From Eledone cirrhosa (lineage: Eukaryota), in the NCBI GenBank assembly GCA_964016885.1, contig OZ024741.1, forward strand, positions 393,886,001-393,950,000: 64,000 nucleotides of DNA. The letters run 5' to 3'. The notes below the pieces were generated by a model. That model saw only the letters and a list, made by a program, of their open reading frames with translations, searched no databases and had not been told where the DNA came from. This document shows positions 39,643-52,233 of the stretch, in pieces. The position numbers and the translations under genes are program-made. Position 1 is the stretch's first letter. Each line of letters opens with the position of its first letter.

Positions 39643-40477
39643 TACCACCCAATGTTAAGATTTTGTGAGTTATCGTTCTAAATCCTACTTCGCGTCTGAT
39701 GACTTTTCAAACATTAAAATATATTTTGATTTGTTGATTTTATTATTTTATTGACTTTATTTATTTATTTATTTTTCATGAATGGCTTTGGTTTTAGATG
39801 AAGAGAAGTCGACGAGTGCAGAGGGTTGCCGAAAGACACGTAAACGTCAATATTTCTGTCCGTGTGAGTGTGTATATATATATGTGTGTATATGTGTGTG
39901 TGTGTATGTCTGTGGGTGAGTATGAGTGAGTGTGAGTGCGTGTGAGTTTATGTGTGGGTGTGTATGAGTGCGCGCGTGTGTATGAGTGTATGTGTGTGTG
40001 TGTGTGTGTGAGTGGCTGTGTATGCGCATGAGTGAATGTATGTGTGTGAGTGTATTTATGTGTGAGGGTTTGTATGTGGGGGTGTATGAGTGAATGTGTG
40101 AGTGTGTGTGTATGAGTGAGTGTGTGGGGCGTGAGTGGGTGTATGTTTGTATGAGTGAGTGTAGAATATTGAAAATGTAAAATTACAATAAAGGATAACT
40201 TTGTAGAAAAACGTGTCTTTATGTGGTCGCTGGCTATACGACATGCTAAAAATGGCAGTCAAAGTATACCTTAACATATTAAAGAAATCACAGATCTTTT
40301 AGTTGTAGGTAGAAAAGGTTGGTCATCGCTACCCCTGGGGTGTGACATTACAACAGTAACAATAACTCAATGGAAGTTTTAGAAGCTCGAAAACAATGAA
40401 TTTTTCTTTAAATAGAAAAGAAAATCTGCTTTGCAACCCTATTTAGGAGGTGTAGTTAAAAATATGTACCATAAAAG

Positions 40478-40795
40478 TGGCCTACTGGCTAGGGTGTTGG
40501 ACTTACGATCATAATATCGATTTCTGAACCAGGTAGCGTCGTTGTCTTCTTTAGAAGACACACTCTCTAACGCATACATACATTCTAACATATATACTCT
40601 AACACACACCCTCTAACATACATAGACACACATACATAGAAAATCAGTGCCAGTAGTAGATGGGGGGGGGGGGTAATTTTGCGATGCAGTGGCATCCTGT
40701 CCAAGGAGGAGTCTTGTACTGTTAGACGCTTAACGCCGATGAAACGGATAAACACAGGCTTGAAGAACCATCAGGCCTGAGACAGACTTTCACTT
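40478..40795 (+). mobile_element. Degenerate tRNA-derived SINE
   Basis: A-box-like TGGCCTACTGG. Body is similar to 42897-43140. Confidence 0.45.
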
Positions 40796-40999
40796 TAGTA
40801 TATAAAAGTTAATGTAACTATTTATGTTCCAAATTTGGCACCAATGTAGCTGAAATCTTGCATCGGCCATAGACTATGTTACATGTCGAATTATTTTTTT
40901 CTTTTTTAGCACTGGGAGAAAAAATGAATATTGTATACCATTAAGTGAATATTGTAAACCACCAAATTTACTAATTAGAAAAGTAGATTTAGAAGTGCT

Positions 41000-41300
41000 G
41001 GACCTCCGACGTTTCCGACAAGGGGTGCTCCACTTGATTCAATCAATTGAACTGTTTGCTCGTGAAATTAGCATGTAAGTAGTTGAGAATTCCACAGATA
41101 CTTGCACCATTAACGTAGTTCTCAGGGAGATTCAACGTGAAACAATGTTTGTCCGAACTATTCCCTTGAATTACAGGTACAGCTAATTTTTGTCAGTTGA
41201 GTAGACTGCAGCAACATGAAATAAAGTATCTTGCTCAAGGTCCGAGAATTGAACTGTCGAACTTACCATCGTGAGCCGAACACCCTAGCCATTAAACCTT
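41000..41300 (-). mobile_element. Degenerate tRNA-derived SINE
   Basis: Minus strand has a tRNA-like head followed by CCTTGAGCAAGATACTTTATTTCA, a CORE/Nin-type SINE body. Confidence 0.5.
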
Positions 41301-41489
41301 GCTACCTTAGGTTCATCTAAAGACATTATGTAACTTAGTACAAAACACTACGACTATCACTCACAATCGCGTATGATTTGATAGGAGCTCCTCAGTTCTT
41401 TGAGGACATGAGAATGATTTTGATAAAAGACACATAAGTCATGAAAGAGGAGCTTATTTAAGAAACGATTTGCATGAATAATCTATTCA

Positions 41490-42430
41490 ATGAAACCGCT
41501 GTTAACATCGATGACTATTTCAATACGAGGTCCGAAACGTTGACATGACCAAATCAGATTATTTTTATCTGTTTTTTATATTGTGCTAGATATGGCAGAC
41601 TTCAGAGATTTTATAGTGTTATGGGTACATTGATTGACTTCCCTCTCGACTACGCTCCATACGTAGTAGTCTAACGGATTCCAGACTAGAGAGCTAAGAG
41701 ACCATATGTTTAGGGTTACGTGGTCGTGGAAAATGTAACTGATCCATTCTTGGGCTCCCTTGGCGCAGTCTTTTTGTTACGGACTTCCTTTCCTAGGATT
41801 CTCTATCCAAGACCTGCCAACCCTCCCCAGTATCACCTTATAATCAACAGCATCGACTCCTAAACCCTATTCACGACTCCCAGAACTATCACAGTCGCCG
41901 GAAACTTTGTTTGCATCACCGTTGGAACGTCTTTGGGGTCTATGCGTAACATTTTGTTATTCTTTCGGTTGACCTTTTGGTCCTGATCAAAGTTTTTCTC
42001 ATCTGAGAAAAACCAAAATATTTCAGGCGTTTGATGTTTCAACTTGCTCAACAAATGCTTTGCGATGATAAAACGGTTATCTTTTGTCATTAGAGACATT
42101 GATCTCTCCGCATCACATATGACTTGTATCGAAGGTCCTCGTGTACAATTCTTTCAACGGTATACCTTGAAAACTTTATCTCCCTAGCAATGGAACTAAT
42201 TGACTTTGTGTGATTCATATTGATAATTGTTCGCATCTTTCGTTCAAATTTGCGTGTTCTGTTAGTATTAGAACCCTTGACAGGTGTTTTACGTTTGGCT
42301 ACAGCTGTAGAATCATTGATAGCGGTCTCCAGCTCTGTACGAACTTTGACAACAATGATCTACCGCTAAAGCAACGATTAGAGTGTATCTCTTCATTTGT
42401 TGGGTTAGCTTGTCTGTTATCATTTATCTG
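41490..42430 (-). mobile_element. Tc1/mariner (maT/DD37D-like) transposase remnant
   Basis: Translates to WFFSDEKNFDQDQKVNRKN and NPLDYYVWSVVE, followed by a decayed C-terminus ending SGFIE. Confidence 0.75.
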
Positions 42431-42896
42431 AAAAGAAATGATGAATGATCAGGATTAAAGGTATTAAAAAACGTTTTCTCAAAGAACTGAGCAGCCCTGT
42501 TGGTTTTCGTTAAAGGTTTTAGTTGCCCATACACTCCCACGACCCTTGCTCTCTTGATCCAATGAAACATCCCGTATATAACTGTTGGAAACAAGCCCTG
42601 AGTTGGTATTTTCGTTATTGACTAAAAAATGATGAAAGGAAAAGTGGAGTTCAGTTGGATTTGAACTGAGAGTGCACAGAGCCGGATCAATTATTCAACG
42701 CTCTAACGGCTATTTAAAAAAAGTATTTTATTTTAATTTCTGTATTTGTTTTGAACACTTTTATGGCATTCAGTTAGAATCATATTCTGGGTTGTTTGAC
42801 TGCAATAAATCTGAGTAATTCAACAACCCGGGACAATATATTCAAAATATAGTAAATTCATGTAATTTATTTATTTTAGGTATTAATCAACATGAA

Positions 42897-43140
42897 GTAG
42901 AGACGCATGGCCTAGTGGTAAGTGCGTTGGACATGCAATCATAATGTCGTGGGTTCGATCTCTGGACTCTGTTGTGTTATTCATTTCAAGTTGCTCCAGT
43001 ATATTCAGCTGAAAATGAGTGCCAGCACTAGCTGGGGGTTAACTTTACGATGGGCTGGCATCCTGTCCAGAGTTTTGTCCTCTCAGTCGTTTAACGCCAA
43101 GGAAACCGGGATAAGCACCGGTCTAATGAGCCTCCGAGCC
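42897..43140 (+). mobile_element. tRNA-derived SINE
   Basis: A box TGGCCTAGTGG and B box GGTTCGATC. No intact cloverleaf. Confidence 0.65.
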
Positions 43141-43915
43141 CTGTCTATGTCGAATACTTTATACTAAACTTACTCGAATTTCGTAAGTTTGTGTACATGC
43201 GGAGAAGAGGTATTTCACACTTCAGGACTGATTGTCTGTGGAAAAAAGAAGAACTGATCGAAATGTCAAAATGTTCTTCTCAAATCCCACATACTTATCC
43301 CAACTCTCTGTAGAGTTTTTGTCGACACAAACCACTACCTGTCCTTTAACCCTGTTTTTACTTAAGACTCATAATCGGGCAAATTAGCATAATTATGCTT
43401 ACTTATATCTCTGGTTACAATAAAAGGAGTTTCTATATGGTCATTTGGTTTGCAAGATATAGCAGCCACTTCATCCTCAAAGAATACTCTACCATCTACA
43501 AAGATAGGATACGTTGGATAATGTTGTTCTATGTAAAATGTCTGAAAATAAGATAAGATGGTCCCAGATCTATTTATTCAGAGCTCCCCTGGAACAAGTA
43601 ACAATAACAACATACACAATTTTCTCTGTGTCTTTATTTCTTGATTCTTGTTGTCGTTCTCGTTGTTGTTTAGCCCCAGATCTAACCTGATCCTTCCAGT
43701 CATGATTGTTTCATCTTTTTAGGGATATCTTCGACCAAAATATCTATAGTTTCATTATTTTCTTTAAATTTCGTAGAGTGTGATTTGAGGAGGATTTGGT
43801 TTCAGATTGAACGGCTGCTCTCTGGCTGGTTCATCGTGTTCAAAGCTTATGCATGTATGTGTGTGAGTATATGTGTATTTATGCACCCCCCCCCCATATA
43901 TATATATATATATAT

Positions 43916-44599
43916 ATAAATACATAATCGCAGAAAGCTAATAGCGATACTCCGGCCAAATTCCAACTCACTCAACAAACATTAGGAAATACCTGAGTAT
44001 ATTCCCAATTAAACGTTTGGGGTGCTAACTATATTGTATTGTGTGGATAATTGTCTGTATTATTTCATATGAGATATATCAAATATATCATTTCCCAGAC
44101 GACTCGTTTCATTATAAGATTTCTACAAGTTGGGTGAAATTTTACCAAGTTATGTAGAAGCTTGTATAAGATCAACAGATACTTATTCAAGTGGGCTCTT
44201 ATAAATCTTCAGTGGGTAACCCAATAATATTAATATTGATAACCAAATCAACATCAATATTTAGCGATAATCACCATCAGTATTTGAGGGAGCTGCTAGA
44301 TTGTTAGTCACACTGTCCCGAAAATGGGAGGAGGCTACCGCCAAAAACAATACATGCGCAGGTCGTTGAACTCTGACAAGAATTCAAGCCACGTGCTAAG
44401 AACTCAATTGGATATGAAAAAATATTCATATGTGCGCACCGCCAAATGACACAGATATTTTATCAGAATGAGATACAAGAACTAACAATCAATATTCATA
44501 TAAAAAATAAACAAAGAGAGTCATACCTTATATCGGGAAAGTTCATATCTGTTGCTCCAATAGTAAATATATAAATACATAATCGGAGAAAGCTAATAG

Positions 44600-44604
<5 letters not shown>
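43916..44604 (-). mobile_element. Non-coding ~690-bp element with terminal direct repeats and a hammerhead (retrozyme or non-autonomous PLE-like)
   Basis: TAAATACATAATCGSAGAAAGCTAATAGCGATA occurs at both ends, within (TA)n. Confidence 0.6.
44094..44216 (-). ncRNA. Type I hammerhead ribozyme with branched stem II
   Basis: Minus strand reads CCCA-CTGAAGA-TTTATAAGA...TCTTATAAT-GAAAC-GAGTC-GTC-TGGG. Confidence 0.7.
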
Positions 44605-44638
<34 letters not shown>

Positions 44639-44659
44639 TATATATATATACACACATAA

Positions 44660-44706
<47 letters not shown>

Positions 44707-44707
44707 T

Positions 44708-44979
44708 AAAAATAGAAATAGAAGCCTGCACCGTATTTTTTACTACAGAAATTTTAGCCTGATAGTGGGGTTTAGAATCCTCTCTAAAAAATGGAAAAGG
44801 ATGAGTGTTGACGTACGTGGGAGTCAAACCCATATCTTTGGTTATCCAGACCACTCCTACCATTACACAAACACACCAATACTCATCTTTTTTCAATTTC
44901 TTAGAGAGGATTCTAAACCCCAATACCAGGCTAAATTTTCTTTAGTAAAAAATACGGCGAAAGCTTCTATTTCTATTTT
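44708..44979. mobile_element. Fold-back MITE-like element
   Basis: Arms 44708-44810 and 44877-44979 are imperfect inverted repeats. A partial copy lies at ~5995-6045. Confidence 0.7.
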
Positions 44980-45034
44980 CAAACTCGTTCGCTGTTTCAA
45001 AATTTACTTGTCATATATGTGTTCCTTCCTCCCT

Positions 45035-48000
45035 TACACTGCTTCCCACGTCATCGTCCCACCCCCACACGCCCACCATCTACTTCTTCCGAAGATCCAG
45101 AAACCCGACAACCCAGGCCGCCCCATCGTCTCCGATTGCAACTGCCCCACAGAACTCATCTCCGCCTTTCTTGACCCCCCCCATCCTCGTCACCGCCCTC
45201 CCCTCCTACATCTCCGACACCAACCACGCTCTTCGCCTGTTCTACTCCCTCACTTTCCCACCCGGCCCACACCCCCTCCTCTTCACTCTAGACATTAAGT
45301 CACTTTACACCGTCATCCCCCATGCCGACAGCGTACGTGCCCTCCGGCACTACCTCGACCCTCGACCCTCCCCCATCCCCTCCACCAACCCTCCTTCGCC
45401 TCGCCGAGCTGGTTCCCACCCTTCACTACTTCTCCTTCTCGGGTGAGTTTTACCAGCAGGTCAAAAGGGGTAGCCATGGGCACAAGAATGGGCCCCAACT
45501 ATGCCAACCTTTTCGTTGGCCATGTTGAGGCCCAAATATTTGCCCAATACACCGGCCCCACGCCCGAACTGTACGGTCGGTACATCGACGACTGCATCGG
45601 AGCCACGACCCTCACTCCAGAACAGCTCGACTCCTTTCTCTCCTTCTTCTGCTCCTTCCACCCCTCATTCCACTTCACCACCTCTATCTCCACCACCCAC
45701 ATCCACTTCTTGGACATCTCCGTCGCCATCGACCCCTCCAACCTCTCCCTCGTCACCTCCGCCTTCTTCAAACCCACCAACTCCCACTCCTACCTCGACT
45801 TCACCCCCTCCTACCCTACACGCACCAAACACTCCATTCCCTACTCCCAACTCCTCCGGATCCGCCGCCTCTGCAGCCGAGATGCTGACTTCTAGTCAAC
45901 CATTTCATCCGGAGAGGTTATCCCCCTCCCTCGTCCACGCCGCCCTCGCTCGCGCCCGCGCAAGTCCACCGCTCCACCACCCTCGCCCCATGCCCTCGCA
46001 CCCCCACCCACGTCTCCCCTTCCCCCTCTCCCACCACACCTCCACCCTACCCCTCCACCGCACCATCCTCCGCCCCATCCGACGCCTCCAATCCGACCCC
46101 TCCACCTCTACCATCTTCGCCCCACCTCTCCTCTCCTTCAAACGCGCGCGCAATCTCCCCCCCCCGCAGTTCCCTTCCCTGCTCCAGACCTCGCTGCCAC
46201 ACCTGCCCCTGCCCCCACATCACCAACACCACCACCTTTCAGGGTCCCAACGGTCACTCTCTCTCTGTCCGGCATGCCTTCCGCTGCACCTCCTCCAACA
46301 TCGTCTATGGACTTCGCTGCACGGAGTGAAGCGCAACCTACGTCGGACAGACCGGACGTCGCCTGGCGGATTGGTTCACGGAGCACCTCCAAGATATTTG
46401 TCTCGGTGGGACTTCCCCCAACGCCCGCCACTTTGGTTCCCCTGGACATTCCGCCCACCATCTCACCGTCTGACCTGATCAAATGCCATGGGAGCCCCGC
46501 TACCCGCCTTACGGTCGACAACACACCGTCTTCACCCCCCCCCCCGGCCTGAACTCCCCACCCCTCTTCCTTTAGCCTTCGACCATCCCTCTCTTCCCCC
46601 GCATATCCCCTACTAACACCACTAAAACACTCCCTAGTTTCACCGTCCCCTCCACTTCCAGCCTTCCTCCACCCCACAACTAATAATACTAGCACCCCCT
46701 CCCCTATCACACGCACACCCACACCCTCATGGCACACATCCACCAGTACATATATACACTCACTCACACTATTCACACACCCTACTACCATCACTAACCT
46801 CCACCCATACATCCACAGCTGACCACCCCACCACTAATAATACTAAACAACCCCCAACCCATCTTCCCCCTCACCACACACACACTAACACACACCATCA
46901 CACATACACTCACCCATACCCACGTACACACCGATACACCACCCACTCTACACCCACACTACCACCACTAACCCCAACTCACACACCCGCATTCAACCCC
47001 CCACCACCACCAATAATATTAACACCCACTCTAACACACACACACTCATATTCAAACACGCACACACACACCAGTACATTACACTCCCTCCTACTGTCCC
47101 CAGTACCTTCTCTCTCCCCTCACTACCAACCACCCTGTCCACACACACACACACATCCCACTAACACCCCTCCACTAATATACACCCCGCCACCCTCTCC
47201 CTCAACCTTTCACACATACCCATCCTCTCCCCTGTCCACCGCACCTCCACACACACACATTCCACACCACATACAGACCATATGTGACACCTGTCAGCCT
47301 CCTCACTACTTTGCCTGCTCTCTCCTTCCTCCCACCCACCACCTTCACCTTGCCTTGACCTTCTGACCACTTCCTGTTGCACGCGCACACCCCACAACTC
47401 TCCACTTCCTCAATACTATACAAAGGACTTTACACCACCGGTTCACCGCTCCAGCCATCCACCCTACTACACACGGAATTTTCAACATCCGTTCATACAG
47501 TCCGTGGAAAAACATCCAAGAACACGCACACACAAACACTTACACTATTTTTGCACCACGCAACCATACACCCACACCACACAAAAACACACACACACAC
47601 ACGTGCGTATCCTCACATACACACACACAGCCTCCGGATTCCACAAGCCCCCTCCCTCCTCTGACCTCTCTCCATCCACACACACACCGACTTACACCCC
47701 ATCCCATGTACACACCGATTCCCTATTACTCGAACATGGAACCTCATTCTTCCCCCAACTCTCACATTTACATCCACACACACACACACACACATACACA
47801 CACACCACCTTCAGCCCTCCCCGCTCGGACTACCGTCTCCCTCTCCCTATCCCCCCTCCATCCACCCACCACCGCCCCTACACGCCTCACCCTCTTTCAC
47901 CACTTGTTTCATTTTAATTTTTTTTTACCCTCTAAAAAATGTTTTCCTTCCTTTTTCTCCCCCCTATTTTTAACGTCTTTCCACCACTTCCCCTCACACC

Positions 48001-48152
48001 CTCGGAACTCTTTTCCTGCCCACTTTTCTCCTGATGAAGGGCTTATGCCCGAAACGTCGTCCCCCCAACCCCCACTCTCAAGCGTGAAACTAATATTAAC
48101 ATTTTGTACTGCCTCTTCGCTTCCTCGTGGTTGTTTTTTGTTTTCTGTTTCA

Positions 48153-48155
<3 letters not shown>
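45035..48155 (+). mobile_element. Penelope-like element (Neptune-like), 5'-truncated
   Basis: Translates to LPKIQKPDNPGRPIVS, LDIKSLYTVIPH, GVAMGTRMGPNYANLFVG and RYIDDCIG, with a decayed GIY-YIG (YVGQTGRRLAD) near 46340. A long CA-rich 3' region is followed by a hammerhead core. Confidence 0.88.
48031..48058 (+). ncRNA. Hammerhead core of the PLE pseudo-LTR
   Basis: Reads CTGATGA-AGGGC-TTAT-GCCC-GAAAC-GTC. No local stem I partner was found. Confidence 0.55.
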
Positions 48156-48199
<44 letters not shown>

Positions 48200-48202
<3 letters not shown>

Positions 48203-48950
48203 TAATTTTATTCATAAGTAACCCATTTGCAACCACGCAGCACGCCATTTTTCCTATATTTATATTTTTTCCTCCGCTGTGACTTGTCTGTTTCTTTCTT
48301 ACTGCTTCCCCTTTCTCTGTATCTCTCATCCTCTTTTTACCCCCTCTGCCAGTCTCTCTCTCGGTTGGCCTCTTCCTCACACTTTCACTCACTCACTCTC
48401 TGCTACTCCCCCTCTCTCACTTCCTCCCGTTTGACCTGTGTGAAATCCTTTTCTCGCTCGCTTCACCCTAATTTACGTGTCCCAATAACTTTCTTTTAGT
48501 TATTGCTCGCACCAACCAGAGGTATAGCCAGTCACTCTCTCTCCCAGCTGGCCTCTACCTCACACTTTCACTCACTCACTCTCTGCTCCTCCCCCTCGCT
48601 CACTTCCTCCCGTTTGACCTGCGTGAAATCCTTTTCTCGCTCACATCTCACCCAGGTCGGAGGGTCTTTATCTTTCATCTATGATTTGCACAGAACTTAA
48701 GTTCATAGATATCACGGACTTGTCTCTTCTCTTCCTCTCTTTCCGTTGCATTACCATCTATGTTTGTTTACATGTCTCGCTCGCTTCACCCTATTTTACA
48801 TGTCCCAATAACTTCCTTTAGTTATTGCTCGCACCAACCAGAGGTATATGATCTTTAAAGCGAAGAAATACCAAAGAAAGTTGGAAGATCACTGATGAAG
48901 GATTAATTTTATTCATCTGTAGCCCATTTTCAACCATGCAGCACGCCATT

Positions 48951-48957
<7 letters not shown>
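48200..48957. mobile_element. Non-coding element with terminal direct repeats and an internal tandem duplication
   Basis: TAATTTTATTCAT...CCCATTT..CAACCA.GCAGCACGCCATTTTTC occurs at both ends. Homologous to 6509-7148. Confidence 0.55.
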
Positions 48958-48988
<31 letters not shown>

Positions 48989-49501
48989 ACAGGGAGAAAG
49001 AGACGATTATTAGGAAGAAAAATATTTTTTTTTCCTTTTTTGTTTCTCTCTCTCTTTTTTTTCTGGGTTAGAAAATGATTAAAACGAAATGTTTTACTTT
49101 GTGTGAAGTGTTAAGGTATTAGTTGATTTATTTATTATTTAACAATGGCATTTATTTATCTATTTATATATTTAATTATTGTCTATTACCGGTTTCAGCA
49201 TTTTTATGCATTATCAAATGATAGTGAAATGTATTAGTGTGGTGTCGTACATGTTAAACAGAAGGTGCAGAAAGAATAATGTTATTTACAAACAAAGTTT
49301 ATGAAGTGAAAAGAAAAAGAAAAAGGAAAAAAAAACATGCATAATGTAGAACGTAAAAAGTCAATGTGGAAGAAAAAATAATGTTATTTACAAGCAAAGT
49401 CATTGAAGTTAAGCAGATCAAAATGTTTTAATATAGCAAGAGTGCTTAGTTGATCCATGATTCCATGATGGAGCCAAATGGACTGAGGTTTGATATGATT
49501 T

Positions 49502-49550
<49 letters not shown>

Positions 49551-49555
<5 letters not shown>

Positions 49556-50076
49556 TAATAAAAACAATGAAATCAAAACAAACAAGTTCCTTATATTAAA
49601 AAATTCATCATTTTACGATCGTTTCTGGGATGTATATGTGTGTTGGTATGTATATTATATAGATCTATGTAAAAATATTACAAATTATCAGAGGAAATAT
49701 ACATACCCTCACATATACATGCCGTCCTCAGAAATGATGAGATGTGTTTATTGAAAAAAACAAAGAATTAATATAAAAGGTCTGTTTGGGAACAGGTTTT
49801 GAATTGACCAATAGAAAAGGAGTTAGAGGTCAGAATAACAGTAGTAGAAATTAAATCTAGGGGTAGAGGAGTGCAGACTTATGCTTTGAATGAAAAGAAT
49901 ACTATGGAGATGAAACAATTTCATTGTTTTTATTAATTTATCTTGACTCTGTTTTCCTATGATTTTTATCGTTTATTTTTGAATGCATCTTCTCTTTTCA
50001 TGATATCTTCTATATTTGGATTACAGTGAGTTCTTCATACGGATTGGACACTACCGTATATTTTGGTAGATCTATC

Positions 50077-50080
<4 letters not shown>
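49551..50080. mobile_element. Diverged relative of the 18643-23020 PLE termini
   Basis: 49551-49815 aligns with 18643-18920, and 49918-50080 aligns with 22850-23020. Confidence 0.7.
49605..49740 (-). ncRNA. Type I hammerhead ribozyme with extended stem II
   Basis: Minus strand reads TCATCATTT-CTGAGGA-...-GAAAC-GATC-GTA-AAATGATGA. Confidence 0.75.
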
Positions 50081-50107
<27 letters not shown>

Positions 50108-50111
<4 letters not shown>

Positions 50112-50880
50112 AATCTGGTTTATTTCTACAATTACATTTCGATTTATTATTATTATATTAACACTATTATTAATAGCATTATGCTGATTTGGGTTTAGAA
50201 TTATACTATTTAGTTTAGCGATGTTTTGGGCCATATTCATAGTTGTAGAATAAGAAAGTTTAATTGTGTGTCTGTTAAGTATGGAGTGGTATTTATGTTG
50301 ACTAGGGAAGGACCTATCTAAAGCCTTAAAAAATAGATTAGCTAGTGGTGTTCTTACTGCTACAGAAGCAGGGGGAGGGGGCAAACCATATAACAGATTT
50401 AGTTCTGGTTCTTTACCCGATTTACTCACAGTACAGGTGTTTGAATTATAATTATTAGAATTTTTAGAATTTCGTTTATATATGCCATTATTTTTATCAG
50501 GATTAAGACTCGGATTATTATTGTCTATATATTCTATATTATTTTTATAACCTGCGGAGGGAGGAGGATAGGAAGTATCGGTAGAGGGTCGGACGCCATG
50601 CTTTCCAGCATAGTTACGTCCCTTTACGATCTGAGTTCAAATCCCGCCGAGGTTGACTTTGCCTTTCATCCTTACGGGGTCGATAAAATAAAGTACCAGT
50701 AATGCACTGTGTAATTGCTGGCCTTGTGCCAAACGTAGAAACAATTATTTTTATAACCTGCCTTTCTTAGCGCGTCATTGTAATATCCTGCTTTTTCATC
50801 AAATATTGATTTATTGGCAGATATTCTAGTTATGCGTTTCTGTACACTATTTACAATTGCGTTTTTCACAGATTTAGTTG
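50108..50880 (-). mobile_element. PLE ORF fragment (post-RT region), possibly Hydra clade
   Basis: Translates to KRITRISANKSIFDE..YYNDALRKAGY and FPSQHKYHSILNRHTIKLSYS. Interrupted by a SINE. Confidence 0.7.
50556..50743 (+). mobile_element. CORE-type SINE with 18-bp TSD
   Basis: Same family as 22561-22684. TSD ATTATTTTTATAACCTGC at 50538-50555 and 50744-50761. Confidence 0.85.
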
Positions 50881-51898
50881 ATATATACTTATATCAACTA
50901 TATTATATTTATATTTATATTTATAGTATATATCAACTAAATGAACATTTCACAATAATTGATATAAAACAATAATTTTTTAACAATATATTTTAACAAT
51001 ATATATTTTTTAACAATATTTTCAGTAACTTATTTACTATATTGTATTATTGTGTTATGTTATATATATTTGAAAGGCTTTAGACATTATAATCCTTGTG
51101 TATTTTTTAATTAACACATATATATAATTAAAAATTCAGATTTCTTTAAGTTTAGTTATAAGGCCGGTTGATCCTTTAGGCACTCAAACTGTTTAATCAT
51201 AAATTCTTTAATAATTATAACTATAATTATTTCATAAATTATATTATATAAACTGTTGTCAATATTATAAATAATTTTGGTAAAGATTACCTTCGTGAGG
51301 GTATAAAAGCATTATATATTTTCTTTCTCGTGTTTCGTAAATCCTTTAAATTTGTTTTCATAAAATTTGAATTTTAGAAATTAAACTTGATAGTATAATA
51401 TAATATAATACAGATACCTATTAACTTTTAAAACCTAAAATATTACTCATTACTCTGAACTAACTTAAATTAAATATTTTGAATATTAACGGTCAACTAA
51501 ATAAGCTTAGATATATATTGCATATATGGATAATTGTCTATAAACTTGAACATAAATTACTCCCCTTTGTCTCTCTCTCTCTCTTTAATCATCTTTCATT
51601 TGTTTTTCGAGGCACCTACTAAATATATTATCCCATCAGCTGTTTCTTCCTCTATGCTTTCCTTCCTTTCCTCTTTCTTCAGTAGTTTAAAAAATAAAAA
51701 ATAAAAGATTTGTAACTGTTATATTGATGCCATATATTTTTTTAAGCAGTATTACACGCATCCTCTCTATTGTTTGTATTATATATTTTTCTCATGTTCT
51801 CAATATTAGGGTATAAATATTGAGTTTTGTCATATATTACTCACTACCATGACTGAATCTTAACCATATACTATGTCAGGGTATGTCATGCATCATCT

Positions 51899-51965
51899 TA
51901 TTTTATCTGATGAGGACGTACTGTTGAACTTAACTCAGTACCTCTGAAATATGTATAATAAAATA
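51899..51965 (+). ncRNA. Type I hammerhead ribozyme
   Basis: Reads TATTTTAT-CTGATGA-GGACGTACTG..CAGTACCTCT-GAAAT-ATGT-ATA-ATAAAATA, with a perfect 8-bp stem I. Confidence 0.75.
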
Positions 51966-52042
51966 TACTTGATCACAAGAATATCTATTTTGTTAATATT
52001 ATGAATTAATATATATATATATATATATATGTTCAAATTCTA

Positions 52043-52105
52043 GCTGTCTGATGAGGTTATAGCTGTTGCATAATGGTTAACAACGAAATATGTATATATA
52101 ACAGC
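52043..52105 (+). ncRNA. Type I hammerhead ribozyme
   Basis: Reads GCTGT-CTGATGA-GGTTATAGCTG..TGGTTAACAAC-GAAATATG-TA-TATATA-ACAGC. Confidence 0.68.
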
Positions 52106-52153
52106 GAATATGAATAAACGAAGTTAATTTTAACCTGTTGACTTACACTTCTT

Positions 52154-52233
<80 letters not shown>

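Noticed and set aside
42897-42970. tRNA gene
   Set aside because: A and B boxes are present but there is no acceptor stem or cloverleaf, and the sequence continues into a SINE body.
45501-46812. 325-aa Pro/Ser-rich and 224-aa Gly-rich ORFs
   Set aside because: They are largely alternative or antisense frames of the C-rich PLE.
49178-49225. Hammerhead on the minus strand (TTGATAA...GAAACCGGTA)
   Set aside because: Two core positions are mutated; at most a dead relic.
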